Shown piece after piece: positions 17,546 through 26,993 of a DNA stretch of 44,927 nt (position 1 is its first letter; every line of letters begins with the position of its first letter). Under the pieces are notes generated by a model. That model was not told the origin of the DNA. It worked only from the letters and a program-made list of their open reading frames with translations, and ran no database searches. Source of the DNA: a phage; sequence record PZ871095.1. One strand, given 5' to 3'. Both the position numbers and the translations under genes were made by a program.

Positions 17546-20500
17546 CGATTATCTACGACGTCACAGGGCATAAAGGCGGCGGCGGAAAACAGCACACCCC
17601 ACAGGAGACGCCAGATAGCCTGCATTCGCTGGCTAAAATCCGCATCTTGCTTGCGCTGGGGGAAGGGGAATTCGAAAGTATTACCAGCGCCAGCGAATTG
17701 CGGCAGCGTGTTTACCTGGATGGAACGCCGATCCAGAACGCTGACTTGTCCGAAAACTTCCCTGGCGCGCGTGTGGAGTTCCGCCCCGGCACACAGCACC
17801 AGGATGTGATCCACGGATTTTCAGCGGTGGAAAGTGAGCAATCTGTCGGCGTAAAACTGGAAAACGGTACGCCGTGGGTACGCCAGATTAACGATACCAG
17901 TCTGGACGCCGTTCGCATTCGCATCGGAATTCCGGCCCTGTACACTAACGAAGATAATGGCGACCTGGTTGGCGGACGCATTGACTATAAGATCGTTGTG
18001 TATACGGATAACGCCGACCCGCGTGAGTTCAGATTCTCCGCCGTTGGTAAAACAATGTCGCTGTATGAGCGCGACCACCGCATCGAATTACCGCCGAACG
18101 TGAATACCGGCTGGCGCGTGGAGGTGCACCGCATAACGGCAGACTCCACATCGGCGAAAGTGGTTAATGATATCCGGGTGCAGTCCATCACTGAGATTAT
18201 TGACGCCCGCCTGCGTTACCCGCTAACCGCGCTGTTGTTTGTGGAGTTCGACGCCAAAGCGTTCCAGAACATCCCGCGCGTGTCCATCAAGTGCAAAGGT
18301 CGCAAAGTTCTAATACCGAACAACTACGACCCGATCAATCATACCTATTCCGGGGACTGGGACGGCACGTTTAAACGCGCATGGACGGATAACCCTGCGT
18401 GGCACTGGTACGATATTTGTATTACTGAGCGCTTCGGCCTCGGTCGGCGTATCAAACCGCAAATGCTAAACCGATACGCGCTCTACCAGATTGCGCAGCG
18501 CTGCGATCAGTTGGTCAGCGACGGCAACGGTGGTCGAGAAATCCGCTTTAAGAATGATATGTACATTCAGTCACAGACGGATGCCTGGACCGTGCTTAAG
18601 GATTTAGCCGCCATCTTTGCCGGTATGACCTGGTGGGGCAACCAGATGTTGAATATCGTCAGTGACCAGCCGGTCGCAGCGGTATCGCACACCATCACCA
18701 ACGCCTCGGTCATTGATGGGCGATTCGACTACGCATCTGGCAGCCAGAAAACTCGCTATTCCACATTCGCGGTAGCATACGGCAACCCGAAGAACCACTA
18801 TGAAGACGCCATTGCTACGGGGCAGCGTGTCGAACTGGTACGCCGCCATAAGATCAACCGTCTTGATATAACGGCGATCGGCTGTACGCGCGAGTCAGAA
18901 GCGCAACGCCGCGGGCACTGGGCGCTAATCTCAAACCAGCTTGACCAGCAAGTTAGTTTTAAGGTTGGCATGGAGGGGTTATTCTTTATCCCCGGTAGCG
19001 TAGTCGCGATCGCAGATACTAATATTTCTGGCGGATTCGAGACTCGTGGCGGTCGCCTGTTGTCGGACCCCGGAACGCGTACCGTGCTGAACACGGACAG
19101 CGAAATCACGTTCCGCCCTGGCGATAAGTTCATGGTGCGCACCGATAGCGGTAATGTGGAGACTCGCGAGATCGCCAACGTCAACGGCAACAAGGTAACT
19201 CTAAAAACCGCACTGGATGCCGACCCGATTCCGGACCAGCCGTTTTGCGTTGATGGCGACGATATCCAGTTGCAGAAGTTCCGCATCACCGACCTGGAAT
19301 ATGACGACTCTACCAGCACTTTTTCAGTGCGCGGGATCGAGTACAACGATAGCAAATACGATGCCGTTGATAATGGCGCTCGTCTTGACCCAGGCATCTT
19401 TACGCAAGTGCCTGACGGCGTAATGAAGGGGCCGGAGTCCGTGACCATCACCCCGTCGCAGATTTCATCGCAAGGCCAGCTAATCACCAACGTGGATATT
19501 GTTTTCCCGCCGGTGAAGGATGCCGTTGTATATGAAATCCAGTGGCGGCGTACCAGCCTGCAGAATATGGAAATCCAGTGGGGTAACGACTGGGTGAACA
19601 TTCCCCGCACGGCATCGAACGGTGCGCACATCCCGAACGTGTTTTCCGGAAACTATCAGGCGCGCGTTCGCGCAATCGGTATGGGCGAAATTTCATCCCC
19701 GTGGGTGTCGTCTGCCATCACGCCGATCGAAGGTCGTCTCGGTGGGCTTAACGCGCCTATCATCACAAACGCTATTCCGGGCCTCCACCAAATTTTGTGG
19801 AAGTGGAACCACAACAACGCCGCGACGGATATCTCTTACACCGAGCTTGAAGTGCGCAAGCGGGGTGAAACGGAATGGAAGTTCTTGACCAACGTCCCAT
19901 ATCCGGGGTCGGACTATGCGCAAACGTCGCTGGAGTTCGGGATCTACCAGCAGTTGCGCGCCCGCGTAGCGGATAAAATCGGCAACCTGTCGGACTGGTC
20001 CGCCCCGTTTGAAGGCCAGGTGAGTGACAAAGTTGACGAGTACATGAAGGGGTTGGACGACGAGTTCTTGACTTCCGAGGACGGTAAACGCTTCCAGGAA
20101 GCGATCGACACCATGCCGCAAGGCATTTATGAAGCCATGCTCACAGACGCGCAGCAATTGTTTAACGCCCGCGCCGAGTACCAGGGGATTTACGCAGAAA
20201 TCAAGGTGGCGTATAACGTGGCTGCGGATGCCCACAAGGCGGTAGCGCAACTTGAGACGTTGATCGGCACGCGCCTTGACGATGCGGAAGCGGCGATCCA
20301 CACGTTGCAGACCGCGCAAAGCACGCACGAACAAGCGTTCGCCCAGTACCAACAAACTGTTGCCGCTAAGTTCGGGGAGCAGGAAGCTGCCATCCAGCAG
20401 GTACAAACGGCAACGGCAGACGTAGCGGGCGCGCTGGCGGAGTACAAGACCCAAGTAGCGGCGCAGTTCGGGCAGCAGTCCGCAGCTATCGAGCAGAAGA

Positions 20501-20961
20501 TGACGTCTTCGTTTAACCATACTGGCGGTAGTGCCACATACAGCCTTAAGGCTGGCGTGACGTATAACGGGACTTACTATGATGCCGGTATGCAGCTTTC
20601 AGTTGTGGCGGAAGGTGGCGCGGTTAAATCCCGCATCGCGTTCAAGGCGGACCAGTTCTACATCATGCACCCGTCGAATGGGTCGCTTTCGTCCGCGTTT
20701 ATCGTCGACGGCGGGCAGGTGTACATCGACACGGCGCGCATCAAGAACGCGTCCATCAACTTCGGGCAGATCACAGACACGCTGCAATCGAATAACTACG
20801 ACGGCAGCACGCGCGGATGGCGCTTAGGTAAGGATGGAACGTTTATTAACCTGGGGACCGGAAGCGGTGGTGGTACAAAGCTGACCAACACCAACTACAG
20901 CGTTAAAGACGCGAACGGTGTTTTACGCGTGCAAATTGGCGAGCTTACTGGTCGCTGGTAG
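17542..20961 (+). CDS. host specificity / central tail fiber protein (lambda J-like)
   Basis: 1139 aa, largest tail-tip ORF; ATG overlaps the I-like stop (GAATGA); A/Q-rich repeated helical segment near the C-terminus. Confidence 0.85.
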   Translation: MTIIYDVTGHKGGGGKQHTPQETPDSLHSLAKIRILLALGEGEFESITSASELRQRVYLDGTPIQNADLSENFPGARVEFRPGTQHQDVIHGFSAVESEQSVGVKLENGTPWVRQINDTSLDAVRIRIGIPALYTNEDNGDLVGGRIDYKIVVYTDNADPREFRFSAVGKTMSLYERDHRIELPPNVNTGWRVEVHRITADSTSAKVVNDIRVQSITEIIDARLRYPLTALLFVEFDAKAFQNIPRVSIKCKGRKVLIPNNYDPINHTYSGDWDGTFKRAWTDNPAWHWYDICITERFGLGRRIKPQMLNRYALYQIAQRCDQLVSDGNGGREIRFKNDMYIQSQTDAWTVLKDLAAIFAGMTWWGNQMLNIVSDQPVAAVSHTITNASVIDGRFDYASGSQKTRYSTFAVAYGNPKNHYEDAIATGQRVELVRRHKINRLDITAIGCTRESEAQRRGHWALISNQLDQQVSFKVGMEGLFFIPGSVVAIADTNISGGFETRGGRLLSDPGTRTVLNTDSEITFRPGDKFMVRTDSGNVETREIANVNGNKVTLKTALDADPIPDQPFCVDGDDIQLQKFRITDLEYDDSTSTFSVRGIEYNDSKYDAVDNGARLDPGIFTQVPDGVMKGPESVTITPSQISSQGQLITNVDIVFPPVKDAVVYEIQWRRTSLQNMEIQWGNDWVNIPRTASNGAHIPNVFSGNYQARVRAIGMGEISSPWVSSAITPIEGRLGGLNAPIITNAIPGLHQILWKWNHNNAATDISYTELEVRKRGETEWKFLTNVPYPGSDYAQTSLEFGIYQQLRARVADKIGNLSDWSAPFEGQVSDKVDEYMKGLDDEFLTSEDGKRFQEAIDTMPQGIYEAMLTDAQQLFNARAEYQGIYAEIKVAYNVAADAHKAVAQLETLIGTRLDDAEAAIHTLQTAQSTHEQAFAQYQQTVAAKFGEQEAAIQQVQTATADVAGALAEYKTQVAAQFGQQSAAIEQKMTSSFNHTGGSATYSLKAGVTYNGTYYDAGMQLSVVAEGGAVKSRIAFKADQFYIMHPSNGSLSSAFIVDGGQVYIDTARIKNASINFGQITDTLQSNNYDGSTRGWRLGKDGTFINLGTGSGGGTKLTNTNYSVKDANGVLRVQIGELTGRW

Positions 20962-20964
20962 TAT

Positions 20965-20986
20965 AGGGGCTTAGGCCCCTTTTTAA
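20965..20986 (+). terminator. rho-independent terminator (AGGGGC-tta-GCCCCT + TTTTT)
   Basis: Stem-loop with T-run directly after the J-like stop. Confidence 0.65.
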
Positions 20987-20997
20987 CGAGGTTATTT

Positions 20998-21300
20998 ATG
21001 GCATTCGGTATCGCAACGTGGGACGCGCAAGGACGCCCCAACAACTACGGCATTAAACCGGTAAGCGTGATCGGAAGGATTCATCTTGCGGAAGGACAAA
21101 AATCAGGCGCATGGTCATTCCCGGTACCGGCGGGGATGAAGGTCGGATATGTGGTCGCCCTGGATAAAGGCGCGGTCGGGCCGGGACGCAGAATAACCGC
21201 CAGCGGGAACACTATCACGGTTTCCGCGGCAAGTGCGGTAGGTGGCGGGGTTTACTCCGCATCTGAATGTGACGTTATTGTTTTTGTGGAGCGAGCATAA
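20998..21300 (+). CDS. hypothetical protein (tail-associated by position)
   Basis: 100 aa, ATG with GAGG ribosome-binding site, between the J-like gene and the fiber locus. Confidence 0.55.
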   Translation: MAFGIATWDAQGRPNNYGIKPVSVIGRIHLAEGQKSGAWSFPVPAGMKVGYVVALDKGAVGPGRRITASGNTITVSAASAVGGGVYSASECDVIVFVERA

Positions 21301-21974
21301 TGGCTAATTACGGCGCGCTGATTGACTTACCAAACGGCAACCCGTTTATCACGCCAGAATCGACGCCGTTTTGTCTATTCCGCCGTGTGGTTGTTGGGTC
21401 TTCGGCTAACGGCACTGCGCAGTCGGCGGCTGCCGATATTAATTTGGGGGGTGACTACCCTGCAATAGCGTTTGTGAAAACTACGCACACCGCCCAGCCG
21501 ACCGTCGTAGGGTCTTCTCGCGTTGGTAATGTGGTGAAGGTGAGCGCCAGCAATCCATTTGGGCAAGGATTCACGATGACAGCATACATCTTTGCCATAT
21601 TCCCACAGACCCTTCCGCGGTGGGGCTTCGCTATTTGGGATAAGACGGGGAGGCTAGTGCTGACGAACGAGAGCCGGGTACTAAGCGATTTAGTTACCGT
21701 CGGATCGCCAGGCGCTAACGGGGGAATTAACATTGACCAGACGCTAAACGGCAGCTACGCCGTCGCTCCGGGCATATTGGGGTCTACGCTGATCCGGTTT
21801 TTTGTGCAGGGCCAGCCACAGGTAATATCGGTAACGGCGTACACGGGGGCCAGATTTGATGGGTCGCGAACGCGTATATCGGCAGCGTCGTCGGGGAACG
21901 CCACGGGGGATGTGGTGGGGTATACTAACAACGGCAACGCGATTATGGCGATTAACACTGCCAATTATGATTGA
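21300..21974 (+). CDS. hypothetical protein (tail-associated by position)
   Basis: 224 aa, ATG overlapping the upstream stop (TAATG); Gly/Ser/Thr/Asn-rich, fiber-like composition. Confidence 0.6.
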   Translation: MANYGALIDLPNGNPFITPESTPFCLFRRVVVGSSANGTAQSAAADINLGGDYPAIAFVKTTHTAQPTVVGSSRVGNVVKVSASNPFGQGFTMTAYIFAIFPQTLPRWGFAIWDKTGRLVLTNESRVLSDLVTVGSPGANGGINIDQTLNGSYAVAPGILGSTLIRFFVQGQPQVISVTAYTGARFDGSRTRISAASSGNATGDVVGYTNNGNAIMAINTANYD

Positions 21975-21977
21975 AGA

Positions 21978-22000
21978 AGGCCCCGAAAGGGGCCTATTTG
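21978..22000. terminator. hairpin terminator between convergent genes (AGGCCCC-gaaa-GGGGCCT)
   Basis: 7-bp GC stem between the plus-strand gene ending 21974 and the minus-strand gene ending 21994; T-runs are weak on both strands. Confidence 0.5.
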
Positions 22001-22212
22001 CAGGTTGTGCTTTTGAAATGGTCAACTGACACATACTGGAAGTTAAACGGGTATCCCGCCCTGAGCATTTTGTGGCCGCTAAAATCCGCGACCCCAAACA
22101 CGGGGACTGAGTAATCCATGCCGCTATTCTGGTACGTCGCGTCGCAGACTTTAGCTGGCATGTTGGCACAACCGGACAAAAGAACTGCACAAATCATAAT
22201 TAAAGTTTTCAT
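21994..22212 (-). CDS. small outer-membrane lipoprotein (Cor-like superinfection-exclusion candidate)
   Basis: 72 aa from ATG 22212 (AGGGGATGA ribosome-binding site); lipoprotein signal MKTLIMICAVLLSGC with lipobox LLSGC; sole minus-strand gene among tail genes. Confidence 0.55.
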   Translation of the reverse strand: MKTLIMICAVLLSGCANMPAKVCDATYQNSGMDYSVPVFGVADFSGHKMLRAGYPFNFQYVSVDHFKSTTCK

Positions 22213-22292
22213 GGTATCATCCCCTATATTTGGTTGAGTTTTAGTATTACACCGCTCAACCAGGATTGCAACCAATTTATGAGGATTTAGCT

Positions 22293-24047
22293 ATGGCGGC
22301 GGGTACTCTATCCGTAACGAATAACAGCAAGGCGGTTGTTGGGGTTGGCACGACGTTTACCGCGCTGAAGGCTGGCGACTTCCTGTCGCTGGTAGTGGGG
22401 CAAGTCCCTTACACTGTCGCTATTGCATCCGTAGAAAGTGACACCGCGCTTACGCTGGTGCTGCCGTTCGATGGCCCAACGGCAACCGGCCTCGCATGGG
22501 ATAGCGTGGCGCGCGATACAATGTCGCTTGCGACTATGGGCGTAACCGTCCAGGCGCAGAAAGCATTGCGCTTGCTGATTGCAGATGAGAACAACTGGCG
22601 CGCAATCTTCGGCGACGATGAAGAAATCACAGTGACGTTACCTAACGGGCAGGTTATGCAGGGCATGTCATGGGGCTATCTGTCACAGTTGATGAAACAG
22701 ATCGACCCCGTTGAGATGCGCAACCTGCAACAACAAGCCGCCGCATCTGAAGCAGCCGCGCAAGGATTTCGTAACGAGGCTGAAGGATTTCGAGACGGCG
22801 CGCAAGGATACCGCAACGAGGCGCTCCAATTCCGCACCGACTGCGAAGGGCTGAAGAACGAAACGACAAACCTTCGCAACGATGCGCTCCAATTCCGCAC
22901 CGACTGCGAAGGGCTGAAGAACGAAACGACAAACCTTCGCAACGATGCTAACACAGCTAAGACTGGCGCGGAGACGGCACGCGATCAGGCGCAGAACATC
23001 GCCGACGGTATGGACCCTGGACAGTATATGCAGAAATCTGCAAACCTGAGCGATGTAGTGGATAAGGCGCAAGGCCGCGCGAATATGGGTCTTGGCACTA
23101 CAGATGCCGTGGAGTTTGGTGGGGCCACCCTCAATGGTCACACCCGCATCAATGGCTCGTTGCTGTTGGGGCGTAACCAGTGGGATGGGTCTAGCTGGGG
23201 GAGCTACGGACTACAATCGTCATTCGTCATCATGTCGCCGGATGGAGACTCCGAGCCGGGATTTTACATCAGGCCGCTATCGGGTGCGCCTGGGTACGCA
23301 ACGTCGTTCACCTATAATCTCGCGATTAATCTTTTCAGCACCAGTGCTCGCATCAAGGCGGTTAACTTCTCATCCAGCACTACGACTATGGGATATAACG
23401 AGATGTGGTCACGTGCATGTTTCCAGGGGCAGCCATACGAGGCCCAGGCGGGGGTTGAGAACTACCAATCGCTTGTCGCAGGTACTTGCGGTACGGTATC
23501 ACACGGATTTTACGGTGGCGTTGCGTTCGGCATGATGACTGCTGGCGGGGATGGGTGGCCTGTCGGTCAGATCTCGATCGGCACGCAGGACAGAGCCGCT
23601 GATGGCACTATCGGATTACAAATGCACTTCCGTTTCCATTCATCCGGTAACATTACGTATACGGGGCCGGCGGGGTCGGGGTCATTCCAGCAAATCCCGG
23701 CATCTGACCGCAACATTAAGCATGATATTAAAGACGATAAATCCAGCACAGCATACGATAACATTAGAGCCATTCGATTCCGTAATTTCGTATTTAATGA
23801 TGACGAGCAGGAGCGTATTCGTCGCGGGGTTATCGCACAGGAGCTTGAAGAAATCGACCCGCTTTATGTTAAGCACCGCGAATACCACAACATGGAGCTT
23901 AACGGGCCGAAGATTACTCGACTGGAGCTTGACACGACGCCGCTGTTACTGGACACAATGCGAGCGTTGCAGGATACGATTAAGCAGGTGGAGGAGTTGA
24001 AGGCCGAGATCGCAGCTATGAAACAGGTGGAGGAGTTGAAGAAATAA
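22293..24047 (+). CDS. tail fiber protein with C-terminal intramolecular chaperone (S74 peptidase-like) domain
   Basis: 584 aa from ATG 22293 (GAGGA ribosome-binding site); SDRNIKHDIKD... segment characteristic of autoproteolytic fiber chaperone domains; internal exact tandem repeat. Confidence 0.8.
   Translation: MAAGTLSVTNNSKAVVGVGTTFTALKAGDFLSLVVGQVPYTVAIASVESDTALTLVLPFDGPTATGLAWDSVARDTMSLATMGVTVQAQKALRLLIADENNWRAIFGDDEEITVTLPNGQVMQGMSWGYLSQLMKQIDPVEMRNLQQQAAASEAAAQGFRNEAEGFRDGAQGYRNEALQFRTDCEGLKNETTNLRNDALQFRTDCEGLKNETTNLRNDANTAKTGAETARDQAQNIADGMDPGQYMQKSANLSDVVDKAQGRANMGLGTTDAVEFGGATLNGHTRINGSLLLGRNQWDGSSWGSYGLQSSFVIMSPDGDSEPGFYIRPLSGAPGYATSFTYNLAINLFSTSARIKAVNFSSSTTTMGYNEMWSRACFQGQPYEAQAGVENYQSLVAGTCGTVSHGFYGGVAFGMMTAGGDGWPVGQISIGTQDRAADGTIGLQMHFRFHSSGNITYTGPAGSGSFQQIPASDRNIKHDIKDDKSSTAYDNIRAIRFRNFVFNDDEQERIRRGVIAQELEEIDPLYVKHREYHNMELNGPKITRLELDTTPLLLDTMRALQDTIKQVEELKAEIAAMKQVEELKK
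22821..22946. repeat. exact 63-bp tandem duplication (2 copies) inside the tail fiber gene
   Basis: gcgctccaattccgcaccgactgcgaagggctgaagaacgaaacgacaaaccttcgcaacgat appears twice back to back, encoding ALQFRTDCEGLKNETTNLRND twice. Confidence 0.9.
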
Positions 24048-24053
24048 TGAGAA

Positions 24054-24076
24054 GGGGCCATACGGCCCCTTTTTTA
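24054..24076. terminator. hairpin terminator between convergent genes (GGGGCC-atac-GGCCCC + TTTTTT)
   Basis: Perfect GC stem with T6 on the plus strand; the rightward fiber gene and the leftward early block converge here. Confidence 0.65.
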
Positions 24077-24649
24077 GTTTGAGTTTTCCCAGTCCATTTT
24101 GCGCCGCACCAGCGGGCTTTCGTAATACTCCTTTCCCTCCACTTCCACCAAAGGCCAGTCATTAACAATCACGTATGGCTCCGCGATATCCTCGATCACG
24201 CCGTGCGCACTATGTTGCCCGAAATCTACGCTAACCAGGATAACACCGGCAACGCGACGGGTAAGATACTCGCGAGCGCAACGCGCCTCTACCAGTCCGC
24301 GACGGATGCCGCTGGTGGCCTTAACTTCGTAGGTCCATACGGCATCGATCACATGCTCACGGAAGTCTGGCCCGGACTTCACCTTGCGCTTGCCGACCAT
24401 GATAATATCGCCGCGGTCAATGGTGTTGGCGCTAAACAGGCCGGTACGCATTAGCAAACCTTGCGGGATACAGCTACGCCCGCCCGCCTGCCCTTCGAGG
24501 TACATGCCTGCAAACATTTCGCCCAGCACACCGACGAGTCTGCTTTGCTTGCACGCGTCGGACTTTAGGCGCCACTGGTCAAACTCGATGCTTGCGATCA
24601 TTGCCGCCAGGTGGAATTGTTTACCGGATATTTCATATTCGCCGTACAT
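24074..24649 (-). CDS. hypothetical protein, possible PD-(D/E)xK-type nuclease
   Basis: 191 aa, ATG with AAGGAGG ribosome-binding site; D...EVK arrangement (IDAVWTYEVKAT) compatible with a restriction-endonuclease-like fold; weak call. Confidence 0.5.
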   Translation of the reverse strand: MYGEYEISGKQFHLAAMIASIEFDQWRLKSDACKQSRLVGVLGEMFAGMYLEGQAGGRSCIPQGLLMRTGLFSANTIDRGDIIMVGKRKVKSGPDFREHVIDAVWTYEVKATSGIRRGLVEARCAREYLTRRVAGVILVSVDFGQHSAHGVIEDIAEPYVIVNDWPLVEVEGKEYYESPLVRRKMDWENSN

Positions 24650-24691
24650 CGTGTGGTCCTCCTTGATGCGGGCCGAAGCCCGCGATTAGAA

Positions 24692-25246
24692 TTATTTCAG
24701 TGCGCCAGTCACCAGTGTTTTTTCCATGTTGCGGAAGTCTTCCGGCGTCATGAGGATTTTGGACCCGTCTTCGCCAGTTAGAACGACCATAGGCTGGACG
24801 TCTTGATCTGCAATGCCGAAATTGGCGGCTTTGACAGTCTTTCCGAACGAGGCCACAGTCTCCTCGGCAACGCGCATCGCACTGTTATACGCATTAATCT
24901 CGCCATCAAGACGCACGGACAGACCTTTGAGGCTTTCAAACTGTTCTGCCGTTGTATCGACCTGAATCTCGTCATGCACGGTCATGTAAGACTCGCCCAG
25001 CAATGCGGCATACGCTACCAGGTCGACGATATTGTCTTCCTGGTGCTTACGGTGCTGGCGCACCAGCTTCAGGCAAATCAGGAAGGTCCAGGCTTCTTGC
25101 TCGGTTAGGTCGCGACCGGTAAGAGCGTTAAACACGGCGGCGATTTGTTTAGCGCTGCGTTCTTCTTTCGCGTTGTCATAGCCGTTTGCTTTCCCGCGCT
25201 GCTCCATAGTGGTGGCGGCGTTTTTGCAGTATTCGTATGCTTTCAC
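24692..25246 (-). CDS. hypothetical protein
   Basis: 184 aa ORF with GTG start in the leftward block; no motif recognised. Confidence 0.5.
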   Translation of the reverse strand: MKAYEYCKNAATTMEQRGKANGYDNAKEERSAKQIAAVFNALTGRDLTEQEAWTFLICLKLVRQHRKHQEDNIVDLVAYAALLGESYMTVHDEIQVDTTAEQFESLKGLSVRLDGEINAYNSAMRVAEETVASFGKTVKAANFGIADQDVQPMVVLTGEDGSKILMTPEDFRNMEKTLVTGALK

Positions 25247-25309
25247 AGTATTACCCTTTTTAGTGAGGGGGCTGTATTGCCCCGACGAGTTAACTATAAT
25301 GCAACCAAC

Positions 25310-25780
25310 CTATTGGTTGCAAGTGAATTTTGCAACGTTTATTGCGTAAATTTTCGGAACCAAATCACCACACGCCCGACGAATTGCCGCGATGTTCTTC
25401 TCGCAATCTTCAATGATGACCAGTTCCGACACGTCTGCGTAGCAGACCATTTTGAATACAGCGCACGCCTTAAACTCTGGCGGCGGGGTGTCGTCCAGCA
25501 TGTGGCGCATAAACAACCGGCCGTTCGGGAAGACCTCCAATTGCTCGGCGGTGGTGTCCCAACATTCTCGCTGCCGGTTGGTCAGATACGCGATCTCGAA
25601 GCCTTGCTCTTTATACATGCGCAGTAGCGGCAGCATATCCATGTTAAGGTCTTCGCGGACATGCGCCTTGTGCCACTTCGCCCAAAAGGTGGATTTAGTT
25701 TTTATGCCCGGCACCAAGTCGGCACGCGCATCACTTGAACCGTTAATAACGCCATCCAAATCGCAAATCAGTAATTTCAT
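25310..25780 (-). CDS. HAD-superfamily hydrolase (putative nucleotidase/phosphatase)
   Basis: 156 aa; N-terminal LLICDLDGVI matches HAD motif I (DxDG); ATG start. Confidence 0.65.
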   Translation of the reverse strand: MKLLICDLDGVINGSSDARADLVPGIKTKSTFWAKWHKAHVREDLNMDMLPLLRMYKEQGFEIAYLTNRQRECWDTTAEQLEVFPNGRLFMRHMLDDTPPPEFKACAVFKMVCYADVSELVIIEDCEKNIAAIRRACGDLVPKIYAINVAKFTCNQ

Positions 25781-26001
25781 TTTAAACTCTCAATAAGGGT
25801 CTGTCGGGCGCTTCGCGCAGTAAAGGAGTTGCACACGAAATGGCAACGCTGAGTCATGACAAGCCAACCGGTGAGGTCAAGGCCCATGATGCGTCCGGGG
25901 CGAGACGCGCGCACCACATGATTGCGCCGCGGGTCAATGCAGAAGTCTTTTTGCATATGGTCTACAACCGCGGGGTCGCGGTCAACGATTAAGATATTCA
26001 A
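25777..26001 (-). CDS. small hypothetical protein
   Basis: 74-aa ORF filling the gap between the HAD and Dam genes; TTG start preceded by AAGGAG; stop overlaps the HAD ATG (ATGA). Confidence 0.35.
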   Translation of the reverse strand: MNILIVDRDPAVVDHMQKDFCIDPRRNHVVRASRPGRIMGLDLTGWLVMTQRCHFVCNSFTARSARQTLIESLK

Positions 26002-26467
26002 GGAGTTCTCCTTCGCTCATTATTTCAATTTGTGCGCTGCCGATGGGTGGCGCTTCGTCAAAGATTATCAGTTGCTGGCACTTATTATTGCTAGGCCCGA
26101 CTTCACCGGTTACAGCGTGTATAAATCTAATCCGCCAGTCCAGAAGAATTATCAGGTTTGCAGTCTTCCGGGCCAGCTTCGCCCACTTCGTCGACGTGTC
26201 CTGATTCAGTAGCATGACAGTACGGCGTCCGTGCGCTGCGCACTCGACCCACGGCAGCGGATCGGAATACGGCGGATTGCACCACTTCCACCCTTTCAAC
26301 TCGGACCAGTCCACATCAAGCGCGCTGTGTTCCGCCGTGAAGTAACGCGGGAGCAGGTGGTTTGCATCGCTTGCCGCCATATCGTAACGGAATCGGTATT
26401 TCCGACGAAGCGGTTTAAATAAAGCTGGCGGCGTGCGCCAGCCATCCTTCTGCTCACTCTTCTGCAT
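25982..26467 (-). CDS. DNA N6-adenine methyltransferase (phage Dam-type)
   Basis: 161 aa with catalytic NPPY motif (WCNPPYS) typical of N6-adenine methyltransferases; ATG start. Confidence 0.8.
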   Translation of the reverse strand: MQKSEQKDGWRTPPALFKPLRRKYRFRYDMAASDANHLLPRYFTAEHSALDVDWSELKGWKWCNPPYSDPLPWVECAAHGRRTVMLLNQDTSTKWAKLARKTANLIILLDWRIRFIHAVTGEVGPSNNKCQQLIIFDEAPPIGSAQIEIMSEGELLEYLNR

Positions 26468-26912
26468 GATCTGGATCTATCGCATACAAGGCAATTTTCT
26501 CACCACTGTTTAGAACGCGTTGCAGGCGCTTTGCTCCATCGTCGCTGAGCCGTCGGCAATCGGAGTAGTAGCTACCGTTTTTGCGCCACGCCATAAGCAC
26601 CAGGTCTTTACGGTCGATCTTCGTTGTGCGACCTTTTGGGCGCACGTACTCCTCGGCACGTTTGCAATGCTCGCGCAAACCTTCGGCAGTGATGCGGTTT
26701 AGTGCAACGCTGGTTGTGTATCCGGTGCGCTGCATAATCCCCATCAATTCGAAAAGCAGTTCGAAGCGCTCCTCTAATTCCTTGCGCATCTTCTCCTCGC
26801 CTTCATAGCTTGCCAGGTAGGTATCCGCCAGCGCGTTCGCCCGTTCGGCTTGCTCTCGGGCTTCGAGGCATTGCGCGGCCCAGTAATTTTTCTCTTCTTG
26901 TAAAATTTTCAT
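26454..26912 (-). CDS. hypothetical protein
   Basis: 152 aa, ATG start, overlaps the Dam start; charged helical N-terminus, basic C-terminal half. Confidence 0.55.
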   Translation of the reverse strand: MKILQEEKNYWAAQCLEAREQAERANALADTYLASYEGEEKMRKELEERFELLFELMGIMQRTGYTTSVALNRITAEGLREHCKRAEEYVRPKGRTTKIDRKDLVLMAWRKNGSYYSDCRRLSDDGAKRLQRVLNSGEKIALYAIDPDHAEE

Positions 26913-26959
26913 CGTGTTGTCTCCAGGTATTAAAAAGGGCGTCCAAACCGGACACCCTC

Positions 26960-26988
26960 AATATAATGCAACCAATCTAATTATGCAA
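26960..26988 (-). promoter_or_regulatory. putative sigma70-type promoter (TTGCAT-N17-TATATT) with TTGGTTGCA motif
   Basis: Minus-strand reading aTTGGTTGCATaattagaTTGGTTGCATTATATTgaggg, about 45 nt upstream of the ATG at 26912. Confidence 0.4.
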
Positions 26989-26993
26989 CCAAT

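Noticed and set aside
19693-20520. 275-aa minus-strand ORF inside the J-like gene
   Set aside because: Antisense to the large tail-tip gene; Arg/Leu-rich artefactual composition; no independent expression signals.
22654-23141. Minus-strand ORFs (92, 92 and 152 aa) across the tail fiber repeat region
   Set aside because: Antisense to the fiber gene; their internal repeats simply mirror the 63-bp tandem duplication.
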